NCBI GenBank assembly: GCA_016868535.1
Contig: VGGQ01000002.1
Span: 8,203 to 72,202 of the forward strand
Source: Bacteroidota bacterium
GTDB taxonomy: Bacteria > Bacteroidota > Bacteroidia > NS11-12g > UBA955
Reading direction: 5' to 3'
Length of the DNA stretch: 64,000 bases
The notes beneath the pieces were generated by a model. The model saw only the letters and a program-made list of their open reading frames with translations. It was not told where the DNA came from and ran no database searches. Every line of letters begins with the position of its first letter. The first letter of the stretch is position 1. A program made the position numbers and the translations under genes. Shown here one piece after another: positions 1 to 9,300 of the stretch.

Positions 1-1332
1 CACCGCATTACCTCTTCTCTGTTTCAGGAAAAACTCACGGACCGGAGCGATGCGGAATACAGTCTGACCAATGTTACCGGCTACAGCTCCATTTACGCTA
101 CTACCCGGTTGGACAACACCATTCATTCTGTCCTTAAAATCAATACTTTCGGCCGGTTTGAATGGCAAAATGCCTTTAATTATTTCAACAGGTCAAAGAA
201 TACTATAAAAAGAAATCTTGTAACAGGATCCGAAACCCCCTACCGCCCTGAAGATCAGGACACCTCTGTATTCACCATGTTCAACTCTCGGGGTGTTTAT
301 ACCCACCGAAACCCTGTAAACTCTGTTTCATGGACCATGGGATACGATTTTATGAGAGAAACTGCACTGGGCAAGCGGATTCCCGCTCAATTGCCTGGGA
401 TTTATGACGTTGCTGTTTTTGGGGCCATGGAATATACCCCAAGCAAAGAATGGCAAGTAAGACCTTCGCTTCGCGTTTTGCACAATTCCCGTTTTGGAAG
501 CCCGATTATCCCTTCTGTTTTTGGCAAAAGTATTAAAATGGCTCCATTGATTCCATCGCTGCAGCTAAAGTATAATTTATCCAAACACCTTTCATTCAGG
601 GGAAGCTATGCCAGGGGTTTCAGAGCTCCGTCTCTCAAGGAACTGAACTTTTACTTTGTAGATATGAGCCACAACGTACACGGTAATGACAGTTTGAAGG
701 CCGAAATATCTGATAATGTCATACTGTCTTTCGACTACCGACACCCGTTTTCCAGCACTTCCGGAGCTATCTTTAATTTTTCTTTGTTTAATAACATTAT
801 CACAAACAAAATTAACCTGGCACTGATTGATCTAAACACAAATTATTATACCTACATCAATATTGGTCGCTTCCGATCTCAAGGACTTAGCACCAATTTT
901 GAATTTCACAACAAAAAATTCACTGCGCAGATTTCAGGTACGCTTCTAACAGTATATGATCTGCTCGAGCAGGCCGATACCATCAACCAAAGATCCTACC
1001 TAAACGGGCAGTTTGCGTTTAACATTACATGTAAATTCCCAGATAAAAAAGCATCTGTATCCATGCTCAGCAGATATACGAGCGCAACTATGGGTTATAT
1101 GGAAAACAATGAACGCTATCGAACTGCAGGTTTCTATCTGCTTGACATGACTGCACAAAAGGCTTTCCCGAAAACAGGTCTTCATATTTCTTGCGGGGTA
1201 AAGAATATTCTAGGTGTAACCACACTTGTTTCCACAAGACGTAACCTGACACCGCATTCCGAACAGGGTATGAATGTTAATATAACACCAGGAAGAACCA
1301 TGTTTTTACGTTTTAGTTACGATATCAAATGA
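1..1332 (+). CDS. TonB-dependent outer-membrane receptor, C-terminal beta-barrel part (5' end outside window)
   Basis: The reading frame is open from base 1 (HRITSSLFQEK...), so the TTG at 109 in the ORF track is not the true start. The sequence is barrel-like, with GSYARGFRAPSLKELNFYF and a terminal GRTMFLRFSYDIK strand typical of TBDRs. The stop overlaps the start of the next lipoprotein gene (ATGA). Confidence 0.8.
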   Translation, partial: HRITSSLFQEKLTDRSDAEYSLTNVTGYSSIYATTRLDNTIHSVLKINTFGRFEWQNAFNYFNRSKNTIKRNLVTGSETPYRPEDQDTSVFTMFNSRGVYTHRNPVNSVSWTMGYDFMRETALGKRIPAQLPGIYDVAVFGAMEYTPSKEWQVRPSLRVLHNSRFGSPIIPSVFGKSIKMAPLIPSLQLKYNLSKHLSFRGSYARGFRAPSLKELNFYFVDMSHNVHGNDSLKAEISDNVILSFDYRHPFSSTSGAIFNFSLFNNIITNKINLALIDLNTNYYTYINIGRFRSQGLSTNFEFHNKKFTAQISGTLLTVYDLLEQADTINQRSYLNGQFAFNITCKFPDKKASVSMLSRYTSATMGYMENNERYRTAGFYLLDMTAQKAFPKTGLHISCGVKNILGVTTLVSTRRNLTPHSEQGMNVNITPGRTMFLRFSYDIK

Positions 1333-2363
1333 GGCAGTATACAAAATATAGTGTTTGGATGGGTTTGCTGTTAATGCTGTTATTCATTTCTGGATGTGAG
1401 AAAGACGAACGGCTGTATACCGCACCGGATGTCCCTGTTGGTATACAGTCTGCTACATTCACCATGGGAGATAACTATGAAAATCAAGTTTGGTTTGAGT
1501 TTTCAACCCAAAAAACAGCATCCAATGCTTTTGGAATATGGGATATTGGATTTTCATGGAGCGAAAAAAACAACATAATCATCAATACAGGCAAGCACAG
1601 TGCCTATGCTGTTACCTATGTGGAAGGCGCAAACTTCCGTGATTTTAGTTATGTTGATGTGAGTAAACACGATTGGATTTTTGATAATCCAAACGGGCAT
1701 CTCGACTCCTTATCCTTTTCAGGATGTTGGGAAAGTTACCAAATGGGAAAGGCAAAGCCCAAAGACAGATTGTACATAATTAATCGTGGTGCAGATTCGC
1801 TGGGTTCCAAAAAATTTATAAAATTGAAAATGCTGGGACGAGAAGGTGCTTCTTATCATTTCCAGTGGGGCTCACTCACTGATACAGTTCCGCACGATGT
1901 ATACATCAGTACCAAAAACGATTACAATTTTGCCTATTTCAGTTTCAGCGACGAAAAAGAGGTTTTTAATGAACCTTTCACACGGGATAACTGGGATATG
2001 ATCATTACCACCTATAAACAAACCGTAACTGAAGAAACGCTTGGAATTACCTTGCCCTATATACTGCGTGGGGTTTTAACCAACCCGAATAAGGTAAAGG
2101 TGTTGGAACTCAATAATATTGTAGAGTTCAACGCTATTGATCTCAAATATGCCAAAGCCCTTGTGCTGAGTGATTTTCTGAATGAAATTGGCTATGACTG
2201 GAAAACATGGAGCCTGACAGCCAACAAATACACGGTAAACCAAAAGAAAATCTTCATTATTCTGGATGCAAAAGGCAATTATTTTAAAATGCGCTTCGTA
2301 GACTTCTACAATGACAAAGGCGAAAAAGGATATCCTAAAATTGTCTGGGAATTGCTAAAATAA
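1329..2363 (+). CDS. lipoprotein partnered with the TonB receptor, HmuY-like (tentative)
   Basis: Signal peptide with a lipobox (LLMLLFISGC) and a 4-nt overlap with the receptor gene. WDIGFSW... and the C-terminal YFKMRFVDFYNDKGEKGYPKIVWELLK resemble HmuY-family proteins. The family call is from memory only. Confidence 0.5.
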   Translation: MRQYTKYSVWMGLLLMLLFISGCEKDERLYTAPDVPVGIQSATFTMGDNYENQVWFEFSTQKTASNAFGIWDIGFSWSEKNNIIINTGKHSAYAVTYVEGANFRDFSYVDVSKHDWIFDNPNGHLDSLSFSGCWESYQMGKAKPKDRLYIINRGADSLGSKKFIKLKMLGREGASYHFQWGSLTDTVPHDVYISTKNDYNFAYFSFSDEKEVFNEPFTRDNWDMIITTYKQTVTEETLGITLPYILRGVLTNPNKVKVLELNNIVEFNAIDLKYAKALVLSDFLNEIGYDWKTWSLTANKYTVNQKKIFIILDAKGNYFKMRFVDFYNDKGEKGYPKIVWELLK

Positions 2364-2633
2364 AGGCACATTATTCTTTCTTAGCCACTTCCAAAAACCT
2401 AACCTTACGGCCCTTCTAGAATTATTCATTTTTAGGATTACTCTGTTATTTGGCATTATACATTATAATTTTATTTGCAAATTGTGCAAGCAGGAATAGA
2501 ACAATTACATTACCATCAGGCAGCTGATATACGGTGGTTGCATCTATGGTCGTTGCAATGCTACTGCGAAATCCACAGGAGAGCGCTGCCAAGCAACCAT
2601 GAAAATAAACGTGGATAAGACTTCCAGCTTTTT

Positions 2634-2798
2634 ATGATTGATGAGGATGGAAGTAATCTTGAACAGATTACAACGGAAAGCATATTCAATTTCTTCCCAA
2701 TGTTTTCGCCCTATGGAAAACAATTGGTATTTTCGTCAAACAGAAACAATGGTGGAGGCAGGGCTACTAACCTGTTTATTACCGACTGGATTGACTGA
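2634..2798 (+). pseudogene. 54-codon ORF encoding only a terminal PD40/TolB-like beta-propeller blade (probable gene remnant)
   Basis: ATG 2634 to TGA 2796-2798 translates to MIDEDGSNLEQITTESIFNFFPMFSPYGKQLVFSSNRNNGGGRATNLFITDWID, which looks like the C-terminal end of PD40-repeat proteins. An in-frame TAA lies at 2616-2618, and the other two forward frames show no further recognisable PD40 blade in the ~270 nt upstream. The stop overlaps the recO ATG (TGATG). The ORF is below the 60-aa cutoff of the ORF track. Confidence 0.4.
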
Positions 2799-3466
2799 TG
2801 CTGATAAAAACAGAAGCGCTGGTTCTCAAAAAAATCCCTTACGGTGAAAATTCAGCCGTAGTGCATCTTTTTTGTCATTCTCACGGCATCCTCCCCTTTA
2901 TTTTCTCGGGAGTTCAAGGTAAAAAAGGCAAAAGTGCCCTGCTCAGGCCTGGCACTTTCCTGGAAATTGTATTTAATCATTCAGAAAAACAAAATCTGCT
3001 GAGAGCAAAAGAAATTAAGGCGGTTGAACCGTTTATGAATGATAATTTTCTCAGCGGAAATATGGCTCTGATTTGCACTGAACTCGTTCGAAACACCCTC
3101 CCGGATTCCATGCCTGATGAAGATCTTTTTTTGTCGGTAAAAAAGGATTTTTGTCGTCTTTACCGAAATATAGGGTCCGATTTGTGGTTCTTGCACCGCT
3201 TTATGCTAAACTTGTGTGAATCGGCAGGACATGGCCTCTCTGCAAGTGGCCAACATGCATACATACATACAAGTTTGCCGGGTGCAAATACTGATGAAAA
3301 CAACGGTCTTTTGCTGCAAAAACTAATCCAAAAGGAAGACCCTGCAGCCGATCGGCAAACACGCAGAAAAATAGCAGAAGAACTTATCTCCTATATGCGT
3401 GAAACCGTTTTCCCAAGGAAAGATGTACGAACTTTTAAGGTAATGCTGGATGTATTGGATGGCTGA
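2798..3466 (+). CDS. recO: DNA repair protein RecO
   Basis: 222 aa. The N-terminal OB-fold region MLIKTEALVLKKIPYGENSAVVHLFC... and the overall length fit RecO. Confidence 0.8.
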   Translation: MLIKTEALVLKKIPYGENSAVVHLFCHSHGILPFIFSGVQGKKGKSALLRPGTFLEIVFNHSEKQNLLRAKEIKAVEPFMNDNFLSGNMALICTELVRNTLPDSMPDEDLFLSVKKDFCRLYRNIGSDLWFLHRFMLNLCESAGHGLSASGQHAYIHTSLPGANTDENNGLLLQKLIQKEDPAADRQTRRKIAEELISYMRETVFPRKDVRTFKVMLDVLDG

Positions 3467-4471
3467 TCAGGAAAACCGGTGCAGACATTCCAAAGCCTGT
3501 TTCACCATTTGGGTGCTGCCTATAAATAAGGGAGAACGCTGGTGCAAATCTATGGGCAAAATATCCAGTATGCGTTCCCTGCCCGAATGCGCCATACCGC
3601 CGGCCTGCTCAACGATAAATGCCATGGTATTGCACTCATATATCAAACGCAGTTTTCCATTGGGTTTCTTTTCCGTTCCCGGATAAATAAATATACCCCC
3701 ACGAAGAAGATTTCTATGCACATCGGCTATTAAGCTGCCAATATAACGTGCACCATAAGGCCGTCCTGTTGCCTTGTCTTTTTCTTTACACCATGAAATG
3801 TATTGTTTCACGCCTTCAGGGAAGTCAGAGGTATTGCCTTCATTCAATGAAAAAATAGCTCCCCCTTCTGGTATGCGGATATTTTCATGCGAAAGGCAAA
3901 ACTCCTGAAGTGTATCGTCCAGTGTAAACCCATTTACCCCATTGCCTGTGGTGTATATTAACATGGTGCTGGTACCATACAGAAAATAACCCGCTGCCAC
4001 CTGTTCAGAGCCTCGCTGTAAACAATCTTCTGTTTTGGGCGGACGACTGCTATCGAATCTTCGGTAAATGGAAAATATGGTTCCTATACTGGCATTTACA
4101 TCAATGTTGGAACTGCCATCCAGAGGATCAATCGCGACGTAATACTCCTTTGAGTTACAACCCTCAATAAAAATAACATGATCCTGCTCTTCGCTGATGA
4201 CCGCGCATACTTCACCACAGCGGCTTAAAACCTCTATGAAAGTGGTGTCAGCCACCACATCCAGTTTTTTCTGGTATTCTCCCTGCACATTCATGGATCC
4301 CATATCCCCCAGTATGTCTACAAGGCCGGCCTTTCTCACATCTCGGTTTACCATTTTAGCACCTAGCTCAAGCGCTCTAAACATCTTACTAAAAGCACCT
4401 GTGGCGTTCTTATATAAAGCCTGCTGGTCTACAATAAACTGTTCCAACGTTACCAATCCTTTTAATGCCAT
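3467..4471 (-). CDS. fbp: fructose-1,6-bisphosphatase class 1
   Basis: 334 aa with AIDPLDGSSNIDVNASIGTIFSIY and YECNTMAFIVEQAGG, which are typical FBPase class I motifs. Confidence 0.93.
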   Translation of the reverse strand: MALKGLVTLEQFIVDQQALYKNATGAFSKMFRALELGAKMVNRDVRKAGLVDILGDMGSMNVQGEYQKKLDVVADTTFIEVLSRCGEVCAVISEEQDHVIFIEGCNSKEYYVAIDPLDGSSNIDVNASIGTIFSIYRRFDSSRPPKTEDCLQRGSEQVAAGYFLYGTSTMLIYTTGNGVNGFTLDDTLQEFCLSHENIRIPEGGAIFSLNEGNTSDFPEGVKQYISWCKEKDKATGRPYGARYIGSLIADVHRNLLRGGIFIYPGTEKKPNGKLRLIYECNTMAFIVEQAGGMAHSGRERILDILPIDLHQRSPLFIGSTQMVKQALECLHRFS

Positions 4472-4504
4472 AAATTTATTTCGTGTTTGGGGTAGTTTGA
4501 TAAT

Positions 4505-4512
4505 TAACTTTG
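4505..4512 (+). promoter_or_regulatory. candidate Bacteroidota -7 promoter box (TAACTTTG) upstream of aspartate kinase
   Basis: Exact match to TAnnTTTG, 38 nt upstream of ATG 4550, in the fbp / aspartate kinase divergent spacer. There is no well-spaced -33 TTG. Confidence 0.35.
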
Positions 4513-4549
4513 CAAAAAAACAACAGGCAGTTCGTCTTTCCCAAATAAA

Positions 4550-5815
4550 ATGAAAATATTCAAGTTTGGCGGTGCATCAGTGAAAGATGCAAACGGCGTT
4601 AAAAAAATAGCCCGGATTCTTTCCGATCACAGTGCAGAAAAATTATTAGTGGTTATCAGTGCCATGGGCAAAAGCACCAACCACCTTGAAAAACTGGTGC
4701 ATGCCAGCGTACATGGTACAGGCGAAACAGCTCTATTACTAAGAGAATTAAAAGATTACCACTACAGCATCGTAAATGGCCTGAATGCCCAAAACCCATC
4801 GGCCTTGATAAACGATATAGAAAACTTATTTCTTGAGCTGGAATGCCTCGTGGAAACACCCTCTTTACCTGAAGAATATGATTTTGTATACGATCAGGTG
4901 GTTGCGTTTGGCGAACTTATAAGCACAAAAATTATAAGCTATTATTTACTGTCTGAGGGCATCAAAAATCAGTGGATAGACAGCCGAAATTTTATACTCA
5001 CGGATGATCGATACAGAGATGCCCGCATCCAATGGAATGAAACAGATAAAATTATTTCTAAAAAACTAAAACCCCTGGCAGAAAGGCAAACTGTCGTTAC
5101 ACAAGGTTTTATTGGCCGTGGCCCCGTCAACGAGACGACCACACTAGGGCGCGAAGGCAGTGATTATTCCGCCGCCATTTTTGCGTATTGCCTTAATGCC
5201 GAATCTGTAACAATTTGGAAGGATGTGGCCGGTGTAATGAATGCCGACCCTAAAAAAATGAACAATGCGACACTCATTCCCTATCTCGCTTATTCAGATG
5301 CCATTGAACTGGCTTATTACGGAGCTTCTGTTATTCATCCCAAAACAATTCAGCCACTAATGGCCAAAGATATTCCTCTTTTTGTTAAATCCTTCTTAAA
5401 TTCTAAGGAATCAGGAACCCAGGTCAGCACTAAAGTACATTCGCTGGATGTTCCTTGCTTTATTTTTAAAGAGAAACAGGTGCTCGCCGAATTAAAAACC
5501 CGCGATTTCACTTTCATTGTTGAACAAAACCTAGAGCAAATTTTCAGCCTTCTGGCCAAACATAAGGTAAGATGTAATATCATCCAAAACTCTGCCATCA
5601 GTTTCAGCTTTGTGGCAGATAACAAGGAAAACAAAATGACCCATCTGATGTCTGAATTGGATAAACTGGGTTTATCTGCCCAAATTAAAGAAAACCTCGA
5701 ACTGATAACCATTTACAACGCTGTTGAAGGCTCAGAAAAAGAGATTATAGGCCAAAAAGAAGTTATCCTTGAACAGAACACCGGCAACACTTCCCATTAT
5801 CTTGTCCGACAGTAA
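4550..5815 (+). CDS. lysC: aspartate kinase (monofunctional, with C-terminal ACT-like region)
   Basis: MKIFKFGGASVKDANGVKKIA...VVISAMGKSTNHLE and TLGREGSDYSAA are aspartokinase signatures. 421 aa. Confidence 0.88.
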   Translation: MKIFKFGGASVKDANGVKKIARILSDHSAEKLLVVISAMGKSTNHLEKLVHASVHGTGETALLLRELKDYHYSIVNGLNAQNPSALINDIENLFLELECLVETPSLPEEYDFVYDQVVAFGELISTKIISYYLLSEGIKNQWIDSRNFILTDDRYRDARIQWNETDKIISKKLKPLAERQTVVTQGFIGRGPVNETTTLGREGSDYSAAIFAYCLNAESVTIWKDVAGVMNADPKKMNNATLIPYLAYSDAIELAYYGASVIHPKTIQPLMAKDIPLFVKSFLNSKESGTQVSTKVHSLDVPCFIFKEKQVLAELKTRDFTFIVEQNLEQIFSLLAKHKVRCNIIQNSAISFSFVADNKENKMTHLMSELDKLGLSAQIKENLELITIYNAVEGSEKEIIGQKEVILEQNTGNTSHYLVRQ

Positions 5816-5838
5816 TTTATTCGTTATGTAAAGAAAAA

Positions 5839-5869
5839 CCCAACAATTGCTGTCGGGCATTTTGTTTTT
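5839..5869 (+). terminator. probable rho-independent terminator after aspartate kinase
   Basis: Hairpin cccaaca/attgc/tgtcggg (7-bp stem, one mismatch) followed by cattttgttttt. Confidence 0.45.
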
Positions 5870-5884
5870 CAATTTATAGACAAA

Positions 5885-6274
5885 TCACTTGTTCACTACA
5901 AGAGGTCCTACCAAGGTAGGGTAAGCCGTTTTAATCTTGATGGTATAAACACCTGCGGCATATCCTTCCATTTGTAGTGCGAACACCACGTCTGTTCACT
6001 TTATGGTGCGCAATAAACGACGACCGCTGTTGACTGCCTTGATGTTTATTTGCTGTCCAGCTAACAAATCTATAGGTTTACCTTAATTTAAGGTTCTATT
6101 GGTAGGAGCGCTTCCTTGACCAGTGTAACTCGCCAATGTAACTCCTGCAGCATCCTTTACAACAATTGACTGAAGATCGCCCCTATTATTGGTCCAGGAA
6201 CCCGAACCACAACCCCATGAGGCATTCGCGGAACATTGGGCCCTGAATGCAGGAAGGACAAGCCCGATGAACAC
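5885..6274 (-). pseudogene. small T9SS-sorted protein gene interrupted by two in-frame stop codons
   Basis: A single reading frame encodes (GTG)FIGLVLPAFRAQCSANASWGCGSGSW...TLASYTGQGSAPTNRTLN, then TAA (6083-6085), then GKPIDLLAGQQINIKAVNSGRRLLRTIK, then TGA (5996-5998), then TDVVFALQMEGYAAGVYTIKIKTAYPTLVGPLVVNK and a final TGA (5885-5887). The tail is a T9SS C-terminal sorting domain. The head resembles the N-terminus of the giant protein next door. No ATG start is present. Confidence 0.7.
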
Positions 6275-6320
6275 CAGGAGGATGAAAAAAGACCAAATAA
6301 AAAATTATTAAAATATTTAT

Positions 6321-6353
6321 AAAAAAAGCCCGGCACAAAACCGGGCTTTTTTT
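6321..6353. terminator. bidirectional rho-independent terminator
   Basis: A7-gcccgg-cacaaaa-ccgggc-T7. It lies just downstream of the 3' end (6375) of the giant minus-strand gene. Confidence 0.8.
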
Positions 6354-6374
6354 ATAGTGTAAGCTAACGATGAA

Positions 6375-9300
6375 TTAGTTTCTTACCACAACACGCTTGG
6401 TTGTGGTCTGACCATCGTTGCTCAGGCGAATCATGTAAACTCCGTTACCAAACTGTGACATGTTGATTTCGGCATGACCGAGACCTGATTTCAGGTTATT
6501 GAACGAAGCAACTTTGCTGCCGGATACGTTGAACACTTCAACAGATACAGGCTTGCTGTTCTGGATCATGTAGCTGAGGGTTACCTTACCACTTGTGGGG
6601 TTAGGGAATACGCTTACTGCTTCGTCAAGGTCGATGTTGGCAGTGCTCAGGTAAGTGTTCTGGCAGTTAGGAGGATAGTTAACAAACACGGGGCGGGTTA
6701 CCATCATAGCCTTGTTGCCACTGGGATCAGTCAAGGTGTAGTTGATATAGTAAACACCGGCTTCCCAGATGTTGATGTTGTGGTTCAGCACTGATACAAG
6801 CGGAGTCAGGGTGGCAGGCGAGTAATAGTTGTCACTGATAACCAGACCGCTCATGGCCCAGAAAGGAGTTCCTACGCATACGTTCATGGCAGGGGCTAGA
6901 ATCTGAGGAGCTACGCGATCTATGACATTTACAGTACGAACTACAGTTGTGCTGTTACCGCTCTCATCGGTTGCAGTGTAAGACTCAGTGTAAGTACCCA
7001 AAGTATATGGATCTACAGAACCGGTTTTAATAACGCTCACCTTGTTCAAAGGATAGTAGTTATCGCTTACAGTTACATCGCGAGAAACATAAGGAGTATT
7101 TACATCATGGATGATGATGGCTTCAGTGTTAAGCGCTACAGTAGGTGCTATATAATCGTCAACCTGATAGTTGATTACATATCCGTTCTCGTCAGCGAGG
7201 TTTCCGTTAGGATCCTCTGCAGTATATATTACAGGATAAGTAGCGCGGATAGCAGTGTTAACAGGTCCGTTAAAACCAGGAGTTTTAACAATATTGATGT
7301 CGCCGTTGCACTCGTCCTGAGCATAGATGTTATCAACAAATACGCTGTTGATTTGAACCTTAATAATAGTGTTGTCTACGATACGGCTACCCACAGTGTA
7401 AATACCGGGCTTCTTGGTATCGCGAACCTGAACTGTACGGGTCTTAACGGTTGTGTTACCCTGAGCATCACTTACAGTGTAAGTAATGGTGTAATCACCA
7501 ACTGTAGAGGTGTTAACAGAACCGGTTATAACGATAGCAGTGGTAAGGTTTCCGTCTACGGCATCGGTTGCGATAGCACCTGCTTCATTGTAGGTTCCGC
7601 ACTGCTCAACAGTCTCAACTGCATTTCCGTTCAAGGTCAGTGTAGGAGCAGTTCTGTCAAGAACCACATACACGGTACGACGCTTGGGTGCTGCGCTGTT
7701 GCCGGAGGCATCAGTTACATTAAAGTCAATGCTATAGATACCGGGGATAGTACAATCTAAATCAGAGTTAACGACAACTTTAGAGGTCATGTCACCTTCT
7801 GTAGGATCACTTGCAGAGTAAGTAGTTTTTGCTACTTCATCCCAGCAACCATTTGAGGTACCGGTGCGCTCTACATACAGAGTATCTTTTCCTACGAGGG
7901 TAATTTCAGGGAATGACCCGTCGTTGGCCAGCGTAATTCCGTAATCTTCAAATTCACCTACAATGTTCACACCGCAGGGAGTGTTAGTGAAATTACCATA
8001 GCTGCTTGATACACGAAGACGGGTTTTGCCTTCAAAACTGGCGCTCTTGTTAGGAACAGTAAAGGAAACAGTAGCTTTTAAACCGCTGATTGCCCCTGTG
8101 CTCATAACTTCTTCACCAACGTCAAAGAAGTCACCATCTACGTTGAAGTCAATCCATGCTTTATAGTTAAGGCTGTTGCTGTTGGTCAGTCGGGCTACAT
8201 CAAGAGTGTAGGAAGCACCGAAAGTCAACGTAGCTTTCTGGGTTGCTGAATAATCTGTGTAAGAAGTAATACCGCTGGTAGAGAGATTATTAATTAAGGT
8301 AGTTGAACCCCTTGACAGAGTAACCTCGTTGATTCCAATATCAGAGCTGATAAGATCCACCAATGGAACACAGTAGTTCAACGCACAAACGTATTTATTC
8401 TTAATTACTTTCTTCTCAGTTGAACCTGCAGGGTTTTCGGCAGAGTTCCAGCCCTTCAGTGTGAAAGTATAGCAACCACCCTGATCAAAACGCAGGGATA
8501 ATTTCTTGCTGGTACCGGTCAACGCACCCGACATTACGGTGTAGGTAGTTGGGAAGATATTCCATTCGAAGTTGGTAGCATAATCAGAAGTGATTTGGAA
8601 ATCTACTGTTTTTCCAGCATCAGGCCGAACGTTGCTGGCAGTGTAGTCAAGAAGACCCGGCTTTGTAGGTGTTACAATATCAATGGTCTTGCAGAAAGTA
8701 TCGGTTCCATTACAGGTTGTAGCTGCAAGGCATACTGTGTAAGTACCATCAGATGTGAAAACACGGTTGAAACTTTCTGAACCTGACTCAGAATTGCCAT
8801 CTACGATCCAATCCCATACAGGTGCTCCCTGAACATCGGAGGATGTATTACTAAATTCTACCTGAGTGCCAATAGCAGCAGGATTGTATGGTGTGCTCCA
8901 TGAAGGCTTTGGTTTTACAGGAGGTAACAAATCAGAATCCCAAGTAGCAATGAAACCGGAATCTTGACCCGTGGCATTGGATTCGAAAGTGAGGTACATG
9001 GCGCCGCTCTTGGCAGTAAATGTAGAATTGCGATATGTAGCCTGGTTTGTGCTGTTAATACCGGCAGCAGGAGTTAATTCTTTCGTTGCATCAGCCTGAC
9101 CCGCATCATAAATACGTATTTTGTCGTTGGCATCAGTCAGTCTGATCTGCTTGAATTTCAAACGAATTTCTTTGGCTCCACAAGGCAAAATTTTGAAATA
9201 ATCGATACTTGTTTTTCGGTTGGGACCATAGTTAGCACCGGGACCGGCATGATCGTAAATAGTGCCCTTTTTGTTTTCACCAAGTGTAGTTATGCCCATA

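Noticed and set aside
2638-2847. 69-aa plus-strand ORF listed in the recO upstream region
   Set aside because: It is out of frame with the PD40-like peptide that shows real protein-like sequence, and it runs 50 nt into recO. It is most likely spurious.
7107-7760. 217-aa plus-strand ORF inside the giant T9SS protein gene
   Set aside because: It is antisense to a CDS with clear repeated Ig-like domains. Its translation is Ser/Val/Asn-rich noise with no signal or motif.
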